Shown: positions 7,563-16,385 of the stretch, piece after piece
Layout: each line of letters starts with the position of its first letter
Numbering within the stretch: the stretch's first letter is position 1
Sequence record: MT811961.1
Strand: one strand, 5' to 3'
DNA: 64,000 nucleotides
The notes under the pieces: generated by a model
Seen by the model: the letters and a program-made list of their open reading frames with translations, nothing else
What the model was told of the DNA's origin: nothing
Database searches by the model: none
Made by a program: the position numbers and the translations under genes

Positions 7563-8327
7563 TTATCGTGTAATACCTAAACGTAAAATACGGTTATATG
7601 TTTTACGATCGTTCATGATTGCCTTGGCAGGAATCTTCTTCAGTTCTTCTTCGTAGATCTCTTTGGCACTTGCGTACTCGTCGATAATCTGACGCATATA
7701 AGAAGAAGGCGCACCACCCCAGCCATCACCGTCGCCTACCTTTCCAGCAAGCTCAATGTTGATCAGGTGCTTGGCTGCCAAAACAGCTAGCTGTGCAATT
7801 GATCTCTGGAAGCGTGGATTGATGTTTCCTAGGTTGTCATCATGGGCAAGTTGACAGCGAACAAAGGTTCTCCAGCCTAAACTCCATTCATAAACAGCAA
7901 TGGTGTTTGGTGCTACGAGTTCTGCTCGTGCTGTACCCGTGCCTCTTGGTCCCATAGAAGCTTCGCCAACAATAGCAGACAAACCACCTTGTGCCATACC
8001 GATGTCGTCATTGTCCATTTCTAAACTATGGACAGCAGTAATGCGACGGCCATGTGTTCTGCTAGTCGGGATCTTAAATACATGTGCATTGTTGATCTGC
8101 TGATAAGGAAGATCATGCACAGGAATCGTTTCGCTTTGACCGCTAACTAAGTTAAGGTCAACCATCAAGTAATCACGTACGACCTTTTGTTCAATATAGT
8201 ATTCCAGGTTATATGTATCATACGCACTCCATTGCGATTGCGGTTTAAATGCACGCGTTAGAATGTTCTTGTCGATATCTGCCATGATGCGTTGAACGCA
8301 CAAGGCTATACAGCTGTTGTATGACAT
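7563..8327 (-). CDS. Conserved virion protein, possibly T4 gp13-like neck/head-tail adaptor
   Basis: Likely start MSYNSC. C-terminal GG...RQIIDEYASAKEIYEEEL pattern recalls neck proteins. Position matches the phiKZ-like core block. Confidence 0.45.
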   Translation of the reverse strand: MSYNSCIALCVQRIMADIDKNILTRAFKPQSQWSAYDTYNLEYYIEQKVVRDYLMVDLNLVSGQSETIPVHDLPYQQINNAHVFKIPTSRTHGRRITAVHSLEMDNDDIGMAQGGLSAIVGEASMGPRGTGTARAELVAPNTIAVYEWSLGWRTFVRCQLAHDDNLGNINPRFQRSIAQLAVLAAKHLINIELAGKVGDGDGWGGAPSSYMRQIIDEYASAKEIYEEELKKIPAKAIMNDRKTYNRILRLGITR

Positions 8328-8406
8328 TATTGGCCCTCTTTTGTACAAATGGACATACCGAGTCAATAGTATGTAAAGACTCTATATAATACGGCTCATG
8401 AGGCCA

Positions 8407-8436
8407 AATCCCAAGCCAATTTGTAATCTATATTAC
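8407..8436 (+). promoter_or_regulatory. Class I early promoter
   Basis: tctatattac at 8427-8436, with aatcccaag ending 11 nt upstream. Confidence 0.6.
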
Positions 8437-8469
8437 TTCGTTGGTGTTTAATCTTCTAAGGAAAAAACT

Positions 8470-8787
8470 ATGGATGCAATTTATACGATCGGCAATGCCG
8501 GCTTCTTTGAGGATTTCAAGGAAGTAGTTGAGGACGTAAAGAATCCCAACTATCCGGATATGATCTTAGCTTGGGTATTGGCAGTCATTGAAAGGCAGAC
8601 GGGACGCCGTCTGGCTACCGACGAATCTATTTGTACAGATGGATTCGCTTTGTTGTCAAAGTCATACGAAGACCTCATTGTTTATATAGCGGATTTGCAA
8701 GTCCAAATCACTGAACGTCCTTTGTCGGACAAACCACTGAAGTTGGAGTTGCTGGATTTCGAAACCATCATTTTGAGAGAAGTATAA
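8470..8787 (+). CDS. Hypothetical protein, 105 aa
   Basis: SD aagga, first gene of a tightly coupled operon. Confidence 0.7.
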   Translation: MDAIYTIGNAGFFEDFKEVVEDVKNPNYPDMILAWVLAVIERQTGRRLATDESICTDGFALLSKSYEDLIVYIADLQVQITERPLSDKPLKLELLDFETIILREV

Positions 8788-9746
8788 TGACTAACCAAAA
8801 GAAACCGACCAACCACGTCGATCAGTTTAAAGAAATCACGATTGATTGGCGATCAAAGGCTGTTGAACTATTAGGGAAAATCCCTCACGTCCCTACTGAG
8901 TATACTGATGCGCAAAACATCCACTGGGATGTACGCTTTGTCTACGACTATGTTCGCGCTACTTATGAAGATGCTTTTGTTAATGCACTCAATGCAGGTA
9001 TTCCTGGGTTAAGCAGTGCATTAAAAGCAGAAGACATTCTGGAATCTGCACTTGATGCAATCATCGAGATTACACGTGGCGAGTGGTTCCAAGAGTACTA
9101 TCCTTCGTCAGGTATTACTGTTTCTGAGATGAACCAGCAGCACGCAGAAAATCTAGCGGCTAACAAAGTTCGTCTTCGTGAGCATATTGCCAAGTACAAG
9201 TTGTTCTTCCGTGAACTCACACTAGAGATCTATGATGAAGTTTATAACTTTACTGGACGTCCATGTACGGATCTTTGGACTACTCGAGAAGATGAGGAAG
9301 GTCGCCTACATTGTAAGAACGAAGGTGATTTCCGTATCATCGAATGGGAGATGATGAAGCTAGATGAAGATGGGCTTTATATCCGTCCTCAGTACCATGG
9401 TGCAGATGTTGACCTGGATACATACATCACAAGTCCAGTACAAGTATCCTCTCGTATTCTAAAAGATCGTGAAGTTTGTGTTGTTGGCTTTAACCTGGTC
9501 GGCGCACACGAATTCGATCACTCTGGTATGAAGTCAGTATTGCGTGGGCTCGGTGCAAATCCGGCATCATTCCTGTCCGCACAGACCGACCTCGTTGTAG
9601 CAAGTCGTTTAGATACATTGACCCCAGTGGATCGTCAGACTCTTGCTTCAGCACAGGCACGAGGAATCCATGTAGTGCCAGAGGAAACAATCATCGGTTT
9701 CCTTAATGCAACTTCCGCACCAAAGAAAAAGAACAAAAAGAAATAG
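8787..9746 (+). CDS. Protein with C-terminal BRCT-like domain and lysine tail
   Basis: VCVVGFNL...MKSVLRGLGANPASFLSAQTDLVVAS resembles the NAD-ligase BRCT domain. Ends KKKNKKK. Confidence 0.6.
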   Translation: MTNQKKPTNHVDQFKEITIDWRSKAVELLGKIPHVPTEYTDAQNIHWDVRFVYDYVRATYEDAFVNALNAGIPGLSSALKAEDILESALDAIIEITRGEWFQEYYPSSGITVSEMNQQHAENLAANKVRLREHIAKYKLFFRELTLEIYDEVYNFTGRPCTDLWTTREDEEGRLHCKNEGDFRIIEWEMMKLDEDGLYIRPQYHGADVDLDTYITSPVQVSSRILKDREVCVVGFNLVGAHEFDHSGMKSVLRGLGANPASFLSAQTDLVVASRLDTLTPVDRQTLASAQARGIHVVPEETIIGFLNATSAPKKKNKKK

Positions 9747-9755
9747 GAGATAGTT

Positions 9756-10214
9756 ATGCCAGACCCAACAATGGCCGTGACTTATTCTTTGCATCCTGTA
9801 GCTTGCTGGCTACAGTTTCAACTCTCGTTAGTTATGAATGAACTCGAATCAGATGAAGTACACTTTTCCGATTGTGTCGATATCGTTCGAGATATGTTTC
9901 AAAGCTATATTGCAGGCATGGATGTAGTAGAGGAAACGTTCCCTACTAACAACATGGTCTATGGCGAATTCGAATACCTTAAGTTAACACCCCAACATGC
10001 CGTATGGCTATCAAAAGGTATCGTCGGTATGTTCACTGGCATTGTGGCCAACACAATCAGAAATATCGATCAACGAGAATTCCAAGTAGTTAACATGATT
10101 TCCGACACTGACTTTGTGATTGAGCAAACGGTAAACCAAGCATATCAAAATGATGTGATCCACCAAGTTCAAACGCAAATTACAGCAGACGAAGTTAAAG
10201 CGAGATATGTATAA
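9756..10214 (+). CDS. Hypothetical protein, 152 aa
   Basis: SD aggag, coupled operon gene. Confidence 0.7.
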   Translation: MPDPTMAVTYSLHPVACWLQFQLSLVMNELESDEVHFSDCVDIVRDMFQSYIAGMDVVEETFPTNNMVYGEFEYLKLTPQHAVWLSKGIVGMFTGIVANTIRNIDQREFQVVNMISDTDFVIEQTVNQAYQNDVIHQVQTQITADEVKARYV

Positions 10215-10804
10215 TGCAAAACATCCAAATCAACAAAGCGACTCCGGTTGCCTCGCTGGCAAACATTTCTGTACCAGCAGCCCCACTCGCTGCGCAGCCT
10301 TCTTCTCCGATGACTGCACAATCAACCCCGGCGCAGATCAAGTATCCTTCGGTAATGATCGCTACGGATATCATGATGTCAATGAACTACAATGCAGAGC
10401 TATGTACCCGTGCACTGGTTGCGGTTATTTCCTTTGCTTGTCGTTCGGTTGCGACATGTCCCAATGAAGGACTTATCTTACAATGTACGTTCCACAATAT
10501 CCTTCCTAGTACAGCGGATATGGATGGCAGTCTGCGTGTAGAAGATCTTGTCGAATATCTGGCAGAGAACTATATGCCGGAAGATTGTTGCCCTACCTTC
10601 ACAGAAACTTTCTGTGCGTGTACGATGGGTCGCGTGTGTCGTACTTGCCAGGCAGCTGAAGAAAAGATGGAGCTATACAAGGCAATCCTTTGGGACATCA
10701 TGACTCGTACGATCATTCCTTTCCATGCTTTACCGAAAAACTATGTCGGTGGTATGGGAGTTGATCCGATTGGTCCTGATACTGTGATGGTGAAGTTTGT
10801 ATGA
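10214..10804 (+). CDS. Hypothetical Cys-rich protein, 196 aa
   Basis: Overlaps the upstream stop by 1 nt. CACTMGRVCRTC is a possible Zn site. Confidence 0.65.
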   Translation: MQNIQINKATPVASLANISVPAAPLAAQPSSPMTAQSTPAQIKYPSVMIATDIMMSMNYNAELCTRALVAVISFACRSVATCPNEGLILQCTFHNILPSTADMDGSLRVEDLVEYLAENYMPEDCCPTFTETFCACTMGRVCRTCQAAEEKMELYKAILWDIMTRTIIPFHALPKNYVGGMGVDPIGPDTVMVKFV

Positions 10805-11214
10805 ATATAAGCAAAACGGTTGTAATCCGAATGGAAAACGCCTTTGCTTTCTTGGGTACGGCAAACCACGAAATGATAGAGATGTCTGAGATCATCATCC
10901 GAGGAATGATTGAATCGGTTGACTCGACTACTATCAACGAGGCTTGTCATCCTATAGCCTTTCCTTTGTTTGGGGAAGACTATGAGGAGTACGTACATGA
11001 GCTTTATGAGATCTTTCGTTCCTCTTTAAATCAAGAGGACTTAACTGTCCTTGCTCATTGCTGGGAGCTAACTAATGGCGAAGGTGATCTAAAGCTCATC
11101 CTGTTGGAACCAGAGGTAATAATGATAACGCTGGAGTATTGTCATGTACAAAACAGTCCTGTTACCAGTACCGCATCTCTCAGACTACCTTGCACCGTCG
11201 GACCCACTGTTTGA
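10801..11214 (+). CDS. Hypothetical protein, 137 aa
   Basis: ATGA overlap with the upstream gene. Confidence 0.65.
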   Translation: MNISKTVVIRMENAFAFLGTANHEMIEMSEIIIRGMIESVDSTTINEACHPIAFPLFGEDYEEYVHELYEIFRSSLNQEDLTVLAHCWELTNGEGDLKLILLEPEVIMITLEYCHVQNSPVTSTASLRLPCTVGPTV

Positions 11215-11497
11215 TAACTCACTGGCCTCATGGGCCGGTGAGTATTTTTCAAGCCACGGTGATGATTTTCATACGATGCAACATATAAGCAATATGGATA
11301 TAGAAGACGATAAGTTCGAAGATCTTGCTGACTCGTTTACGTCTATATCAACCGAATTAGGTGAAGAGGCCGCGAGACTATTCCAAGTGAGTAGCTATCG
11401 TGACCTGGATCTAATAGTCCGTGTCTCGATGCATGATTATGAGACACTAAGGTTTGATATCGATGAAGCACCTAAACCAAGTCGTCAGTTACTCTGA
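11144..11497 (+). CDS. Hypothetical acidic protein, about 117 aa
   Basis: Tandem overlapping operon gene. Confidence 0.6.
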   Translation: MYKTVLLPVPHLSDYLAPSDPLFDNSLASWAGEYFSSHGDDFHTMQHISNMDIEDDKFEDLADSFTSISTELGEEAARLFQVSSYRDLDLIVRVSMHDYETLRFDIDEAPKPSRQLL

Positions 11498-11810
11498 TGG
11501 CTTATACGAAGCAGCAGCAAGAGATTATGTAACTTACAATCTGCACAAGCGCATCACAATGGATGCCTACTTAAAACATGCCCTCAGCTTTTCCATCCAT
11601 GGTAACGGGACGATCCAATATAGTAATGACTACGTGCGGACTCCCAATACTTTTCTCATAGAGGGACTTAAGCGGATAGGCAGAGAATGCTTAGCTGGCT
11701 TGCCCGGATTGGAAATGCTTGATTTGGGTTTTGTGGAAGAAGTAGCAGGCAGTGTGTATTTCCATGTGTATGATGTACGGTTTAATGAGAGGAACCTAAT
11801 ATGGATTTGA
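11463..11810 (+). CDS. Hypothetical protein
   Basis: Tandem overlapping operon gene. Start uncertain (11454 or 11463). Confidence 0.6.
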   Translation: MKHLNQVVSYSDGLYEAAARDYVTYNLHKRITMDAYLKHALSFSIHGNGTIQYSNDYVRTPNTFLIEGLKRIGRECLAGLPGLEMLDLGFVEEVAGSVYFHVYDVRFNERNLIWI

Positions 11811-12151
11811 GAGTAAACAAAGAAACATCTTTTGTTGTCTTCTCGCCAAAGATCGAAGAGTTACTAAAGAGCATTGTTTCATATGTTCATGGTGGTCCAG
11901 AAGTAGTAGATATGGAAAACCTGAATATGTTAATGGAACTTGTAATTGCTAATGAAGTGCTTCGTGACTTTTACGCAGCAGTTGCTGATGATAACTACGA
12001 TGATATTGGTACCGACTTCGAAATGAAGATGATTGATATTGTCGATACGATCAAAGGACTCATTCAAGAAGATCTTGGCATCTGTCTTGATAAAATGAGC
12101 CCGCGCCACATTGAGTTCCTAGAGCCCAAAGCCTTGCGTATAATCTTATAG
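11801..12151 (+). CDS. Hypothetical acidic protein, 116 aa
   Basis: SD gagagga, overlaps the upstream stop. Confidence 0.7.
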   Translation: MDLRVNKETSFVVFSPKIEELLKSIVSYVHGGPEVVDMENLNMLMELVIANEVLRDFYAAVADDNYDDIGTDFEMKMIDIVDTIKGLIQEDLGICLDKMSPRHIEFLEPKALRIIL

Positions 12152-12168
12152 TTAAGAGGAGACGTACA

Positions 12169-12585
12169 ATGAGACTCAGTGAAATCGCTGTAGGGAAGAA
12201 AATCCAATTCTCTCTATATGGCGAGGTAGATAGTCGCACGTCTGTTATTGGTGAGGTTTACGGTACCTTTAAAGGTTATACCGTACCAAACGCCAATGAG
12301 ATGCGTGCGTACCATCAGGCAATTTATCAATTGTTGCCAGAAGAAAACAAAGCTTCCACTCCGGTGGATTATCGTGAATGTGAATTCGTTTTGGTCATGA
12401 CAACAGAAGGCAGTGCTGTCTATGTTGCCAAACAATGGATCATCGAATCCACATTACAAGAAGTAACCCAACGTGGATTCCGTATCGAAGGTCGTAACTG
12501 GGACCGTACGAAGATTTCTGAAGAAGATATCCGTACGTACCTTGGCCAATTCGGAATCGTAATTACTTCAATCTTGGAAGAATAA
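12169..12585 (+). CDS. Conserved phiKZ-like hypothetical protein upstream of the DNA polymerase
   Basis: SD gaggag, 138 aa, syntenic position. Confidence 0.7.
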   Translation: MRLSEIAVGKKIQFSLYGEVDSRTSVIGEVYGTFKGYTVPNANEMRAYHQAIYQLLPEENKASTPVDYRECEFVLVMTTEGSAVYVAKQWIIESTLQEVTQRGFRIEGRNWDRTKISEEDIRTYLGQFGIVITSILEE

Positions 12586-12590
12586 CAAGC

Positions 12591-12724
12591 CTACCCAATA
12601 ATATAGCAAAGAGTGCTGCGAGTAATCTATGCTGTGGAACATTGAAAGATGTTCCGTTGGGGTGGTGAGAGGATGAGTCGGGTGTTGGGACCCGACTCAT
12701 CCTTTTTCTTTTTTTTTTCTTTTT
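12591..12724 (+). ncRNA. Candidate small RNA unit U6, related to U1
   Basis: Promoter-like ctacccaataatatag, gcgagtaatctatgc shared with U1, ggaacatt-gaaa-gatgttcc hairpin, 13-bp terminator 12670-12724. Confidence 0.45.
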
Positions 12725-12766
12725 CGACTGACCCCGGTAATAGGATAGTCTAAAAGGAGAATTCTC

Positions 12767-14938
12767 ATGTCCTTCCAAAACCCATTCTTTTTACCACTTG
12801 ACGCATACCAGCGTGATTTGGACTTGGTAGGTAACTACAAAAAGTCACAGGCTAAGTATCTGTCTGTGAAAAGAAAAATGCCTTTAGAGAAGGCAGAAGC
12901 AATTGTCGAGCGTATGGAACTTAAGCCAAACTCTCCGACAATGAACATGCTCCGTCGCAAAGTTATGCAGGATCGTGTTAAGTCTCGCGGTGATCTCGTG
13001 AGCTACCTTGATTGGGTAAGTACCAATTCACATATTCTGGCACCTAACCTTATTGCCTATGCAAACCCAGATGTTCATCGAGCATTCGTTGCTGACTTTA
13101 TCGACGTTAACTTGGGTTTACGTAAAAAGGTTAAAAAGGCAGGTCAGGTAGCAAAACAAAACGGTGACCAAGTTTATGCAGATTTCTGTGACCTGTTACA
13201 GGCCAACTACAAAATCCGTAACAACTCGATCTCGGGCGCTACTTCATCTCCACATAACCCATTGTACTACGCTAGTGCACACACAACACTAACGTCACTA
13301 TGTCGCACTATCACGACAACGGCTAACTCAATCAATGAGAAGATGCTTGCATCTAACCGTCATTACTTTAGTCCGATTGTTACAATGGAGAACTTGGTTT
13401 ACCTTGTTCGCAATACTGACTACGCATTAGTCAACAATGCCATCGTTAAGTACGACTTACATATCCCTACTGCTGACGAAGTCTTTGAACAGATTCTTCG
13501 TTCGACTCGTAAGTACTGGGAAGATGCAAAAGAAGAAGCATCACTGCGTGAGTTCATCGAAGGTATTGATCCAGTTGAACGTGCCATCATCGCAATGTGT
13601 GGTGATATTAAAGCACTGACAATCTACAACAACCAGTTCATGCGTCAGATGTACGAACGTCTAATGCAAGAGCCAAGTGACATCATGTCGTTCGATGATT
13701 CAGTAGAATTCATGAAGTCGGCTGATGACGATCTATTGGCACTGGCTGGTATGTTGACATCGAAAGAGATGAAAGGTAAAGAACTACGTAACGTGATGAA
13801 AGAGGAACCTGAGCTTTACTGCTTCATGGCTTCTCGTCTAAAACATGTTTACCATATCTTTACTGAATACTCTGATTTCGTTAAGGCGTTTATCACTACT
13901 CTGAACTACCCTGCTCATCTACATAGCTTCCCTAGTATGCTTCGTGATGGTGTTGTAGCATCAGATACTGACTCATCTATCTTTACTACTCAGCATCAGT
14001 GCCAATGGTTCTGCAACTCTTTGGTTAACACACCAGAGATGGTTTCTGTAGCGGCAATCACTACTTACTTTGCTTCTCAGAATATCGCACATAACCTTGG
14101 TATGCTTTGTGCACAGGTAGGTGTAGAACGCAATGCTCTATTCCGTTGTACGATGAAGAATGAATTCTACTTCCCAGTGATGGTAGTAACGACTCGTACA
14201 AAACACTACATGGCGATCATCTCAGCATGTGAAGGTCAAGTATACGGAAAGAACAAAACAGAGATCAAAGGTGTAAACCTTAAGAACTCGAAGCTCCCAC
14301 CTAAAATCCGTAAGGTACTGGAAGATTACCAGTTGAACATTATGGACCAGATAGGCAAGGGTAACAACCTGACTCCGATGAATATCGTTGCCCCTATTGC
14401 AATGGTTGAGCACAACGTACTGGAAGATATTCGTTCTGGTGGTGCCACATTCTATCGTTATGAGCAGGCTAAAACAAAAGAGACGTATGCACGTCCTGAG
14501 TCTTCTAACTATGAGAAGATTGAGTTATGGAATGCCGTGTTTGGTGACAAGTACGGATGTGCAGAACAGCTGCCAGTTCAATGTGTGAAAATCCCAGTAA
14601 CTATCGACAAGAAAGAAAAGCTACTTGAGTATGCTTCTAAACTCGACGATACGATGGGTCGCAATTTAATGCGTCATGCAGAACAATGGGGTAAAGCAGG
14701 TAAAGGTTACACTAACTTACTTGTTCCAGTTGAGCTGTTGGCCGATGGTAAGATTCCAGCCGAAATGAGAAGTATCATTGACGAACGCAAAATCCTGCGT
14801 ACGATGACAGATGCCTTTTATATCACATGTGAATGTTACGGCCTGTACTCACTTAACAAACGCAACACTCGTTTCTACTCTGACTTGTACAGCAAAGAAG
14901 AAGCAGAGAAAGCATTGTTCTTCCCTGTTGAACTATAA
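12767..14938 (+). CDS. DNA polymerase, family B polymerase-domain subunit (phiKZ gp50-like)
   Basis: Motifs KIRNNSISG, ASDTDSSIF, MKNEF, KHY, KGVNLK. 723 aa with no exonuclease domain. Confidence 0.9.
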   Translation: MSFQNPFFLPLDAYQRDLDLVGNYKKSQAKYLSVKRKMPLEKAEAIVERMELKPNSPTMNMLRRKVMQDRVKSRGDLVSYLDWVSTNSHILAPNLIAYANPDVHRAFVADFIDVNLGLRKKVKKAGQVAKQNGDQVYADFCDLLQANYKIRNNSISGATSSPHNPLYYASAHTTLTSLCRTITTTANSINEKMLASNRHYFSPIVTMENLVYLVRNTDYALVNNAIVKYDLHIPTADEVFEQILRSTRKYWEDAKEEASLREFIEGIDPVERAIIAMCGDIKALTIYNNQFMRQMYERLMQEPSDIMSFDDSVEFMKSADDDLLALAGMLTSKEMKGKELRNVMKEEPELYCFMASRLKHVYHIFTEYSDFVKAFITTLNYPAHLHSFPSMLRDGVVASDTDSSIFTTQHQCQWFCNSLVNTPEMVSVAAITTYFASQNIAHNLGMLCAQVGVERNALFRCTMKNEFYFPVMVVTTRTKHYMAIISACEGQVYGKNKTEIKGVNLKNSKLPPKIRKVLEDYQLNIMDQIGKGNNLTPMNIVAPIAMVEHNVLEDIRSGGATFYRYEQAKTKETYARPESSNYEKIELWNAVFGDKYGCAEQLPVQCVKIPVTIDKKEKLLEYASKLDDTMGRNLMRHAEQWGKAGKGYTNLLVPVELLADGKIPAEMRSIIDERKILRTMTDAFYITCECYGLYSLNKRNTRFYSDLYSKEEAEKALFFPVEL

Positions 14939-14944
14939 TAAAAC

Positions 14945-14968
14945 CTCTGTCCCCGATTGGGGACAGAG
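14945..14968. terminator. Bidirectional terminator
   Basis: ctctgtcccc-gatt-ggggacagag between convergent genes. Confidence 0.8.
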
Positions 14969-14982
14969 ATTCTTTTTTTTTT

Positions 14983-16047
14983 TTACATTGCTTCAAACAT
15001 GAATTGGATATCGAGACTATAGAGAGTTAACTCGGTCGACATTAGTGCATCGTCTAATGAACTATAAGTTTTCTCCTGCTCCATGCGGCGCTGTTCTCGT
15101 TTGAACTTGTTCTTCAGTGCACGACCATCTTGGTTGTCCGTGGCAATTTCCATTGCTACCTTTAAAGGACGCAGGAAAGCAGAACTTCTTGCCCAGTGAC
15201 TTTGTTTAGGTACATACCCACGAGGAAAGAGAATCGCATCAAACTGATTGTTTCTGAAGACAGCAGGCAATGACTTAAGTACATCCTCTACTGTGTTAGC
15301 AGCATTAAGTTCTGATTTAAATTCATGAAGGTATTTAAAGAAGTCCTTACCTACGTCAGGCAACATCTGTTTTGCTTTGCTTTCACAAGCTTCAAATGTT
15401 TTTGCTTCTAAAACAGCCAAAGGATAGTTATCTGCCTGGGCATACATCGCATTTGGTAAAACCCATCGACCAATGAACTGTTCAACACCCTCTCGTTTAT
15501 CAGGGGCCTTCTTCATGTTCTGTTTCATCCACTGAGTTAAGCCCATGGCAAACAATGGAACGTCAACAGTGATAAGCCCAAAACCAGTTTCATGCTCAGC
15601 TAGGTCAGGACGCAACAGATTGTCTTTTGCACTTGGTACGTGTACAACCTTCACCGGACGCAGTGTCTGGTAGTTGTTACTCGATACAAATACCTCTGCT
15701 GGATTAGAGCGATCTAGTGCCAAGATGGCTGTAGGTGTATCACCAAAGAATTCATAGTGGACTTTGCCTTCATGAACATCAGACGTGAAACCAATCGGAC
15801 TGATTAGTTCCTGCATGAAAGTCTTAGCTGTCTGATATGCAAGCATTGCATTGTCTTGTCGATAAGATAGGATGCCATAAGCTAATCGGATCAGTGGGTT
15901 ACGCCCATTAACTTCTTGGTAGTTCTCTTTGTACCACGCGATTTGTTTCTCAGCATTGGTTTTATGTTGGGCCACAAGTCGAGATACATGTGGATTGACC
16001 TTTGTACCCCGTGATAGAGTAATGTCTTTGTTAATGAGGCTGTACAT
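14983..16047 (-). CDS. Conserved phiKZ-like protein (gp52-like position)
   Basis: 354 aa, SD aggagg, lies between the DNA polymerase and chimallin as in related phages. Confidence 0.65.
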   Translation of the reverse strand: MYSLINKDITLSRGTKVNPHVSRLVAQHKTNAEKQIAWYKENYQEVNGRNPLIRLAYGILSYRQDNAMLAYQTAKTFMQELISPIGFTSDVHEGKVHYEFFGDTPTAILALDRSNPAEVFVSSNNYQTLRPVKVVHVPSAKDNLLRPDLAEHETGFGLITVDVPLFAMGLTQWMKQNMKKAPDKREGVEQFIGRWVLPNAMYAQADNYPLAVLEAKTFEACESKAKQMLPDVGKDFFKYLHEFKSELNAANTVEDVLKSLPAVFRNNQFDAILFPRGYVPKQSHWARSSAFLRPLKVAMEIATDNQDGRALKNKFKREQRRMEQEKTYSSLDDALMSTELTLYSLDIQFMFEAM

Positions 16048-16078
16048 AGTTTCCTCCTGTTAATCCTCTATTTAATTT

Positions 16079-16108
16079 GATTTCAAGAAACACACATGTC
16101 TATATAAC
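16079..16108 (+). promoter_or_regulatory. Class I early promoter, distal, for chimallin
   Basis: GATTTCAAG-N11-TCTATATAAC. Confidence 0.6.
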
Positions 16109-16219
16109 CCAGATGTTTATGAAAGAGTATTTCAAAATTAACACTTGGTGTTTATAATATAGGAAGTGATCAGTTGATCTCTTTCGATAATGAATCTCCC
16201 AGTAAAAACTTGCTAGTGT

Positions 16220-16236
16220 TTATACCTAATAGTATG
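16220..16236 (+). promoter_or_regulatory. Class II promoter for chimallin
   Basis: ttatacctaatagtatg. Confidence 0.6.
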
Positions 16237-16287
16237 ACACTCGTACTGGGAAACCAGTACGGGGTGATTACCACCCCCTTTAGAGTT

Positions 16288-16317
16288 GATTTCAAGAAAT
16301 ATTGATTTCTATATAAC
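16288..16317 (+). promoter_or_regulatory. Class I early promoter, proximal, for chimallin
   Basis: GATTTCAAG-N11-TCTATATAAC. Confidence 0.65.
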
Positions 16318-16385
16318 AATGATGGATTGGAACGTTAAACCAATCAATTCGAATTGATTAACCATAAAGAAACCAGGAGTCCGCG

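Noticed and set aside
10207-10467. Cys-rich 86-aa ORF
   Set aside because: Alternative frame nested over 10214-10804, which fits the coupled operon.
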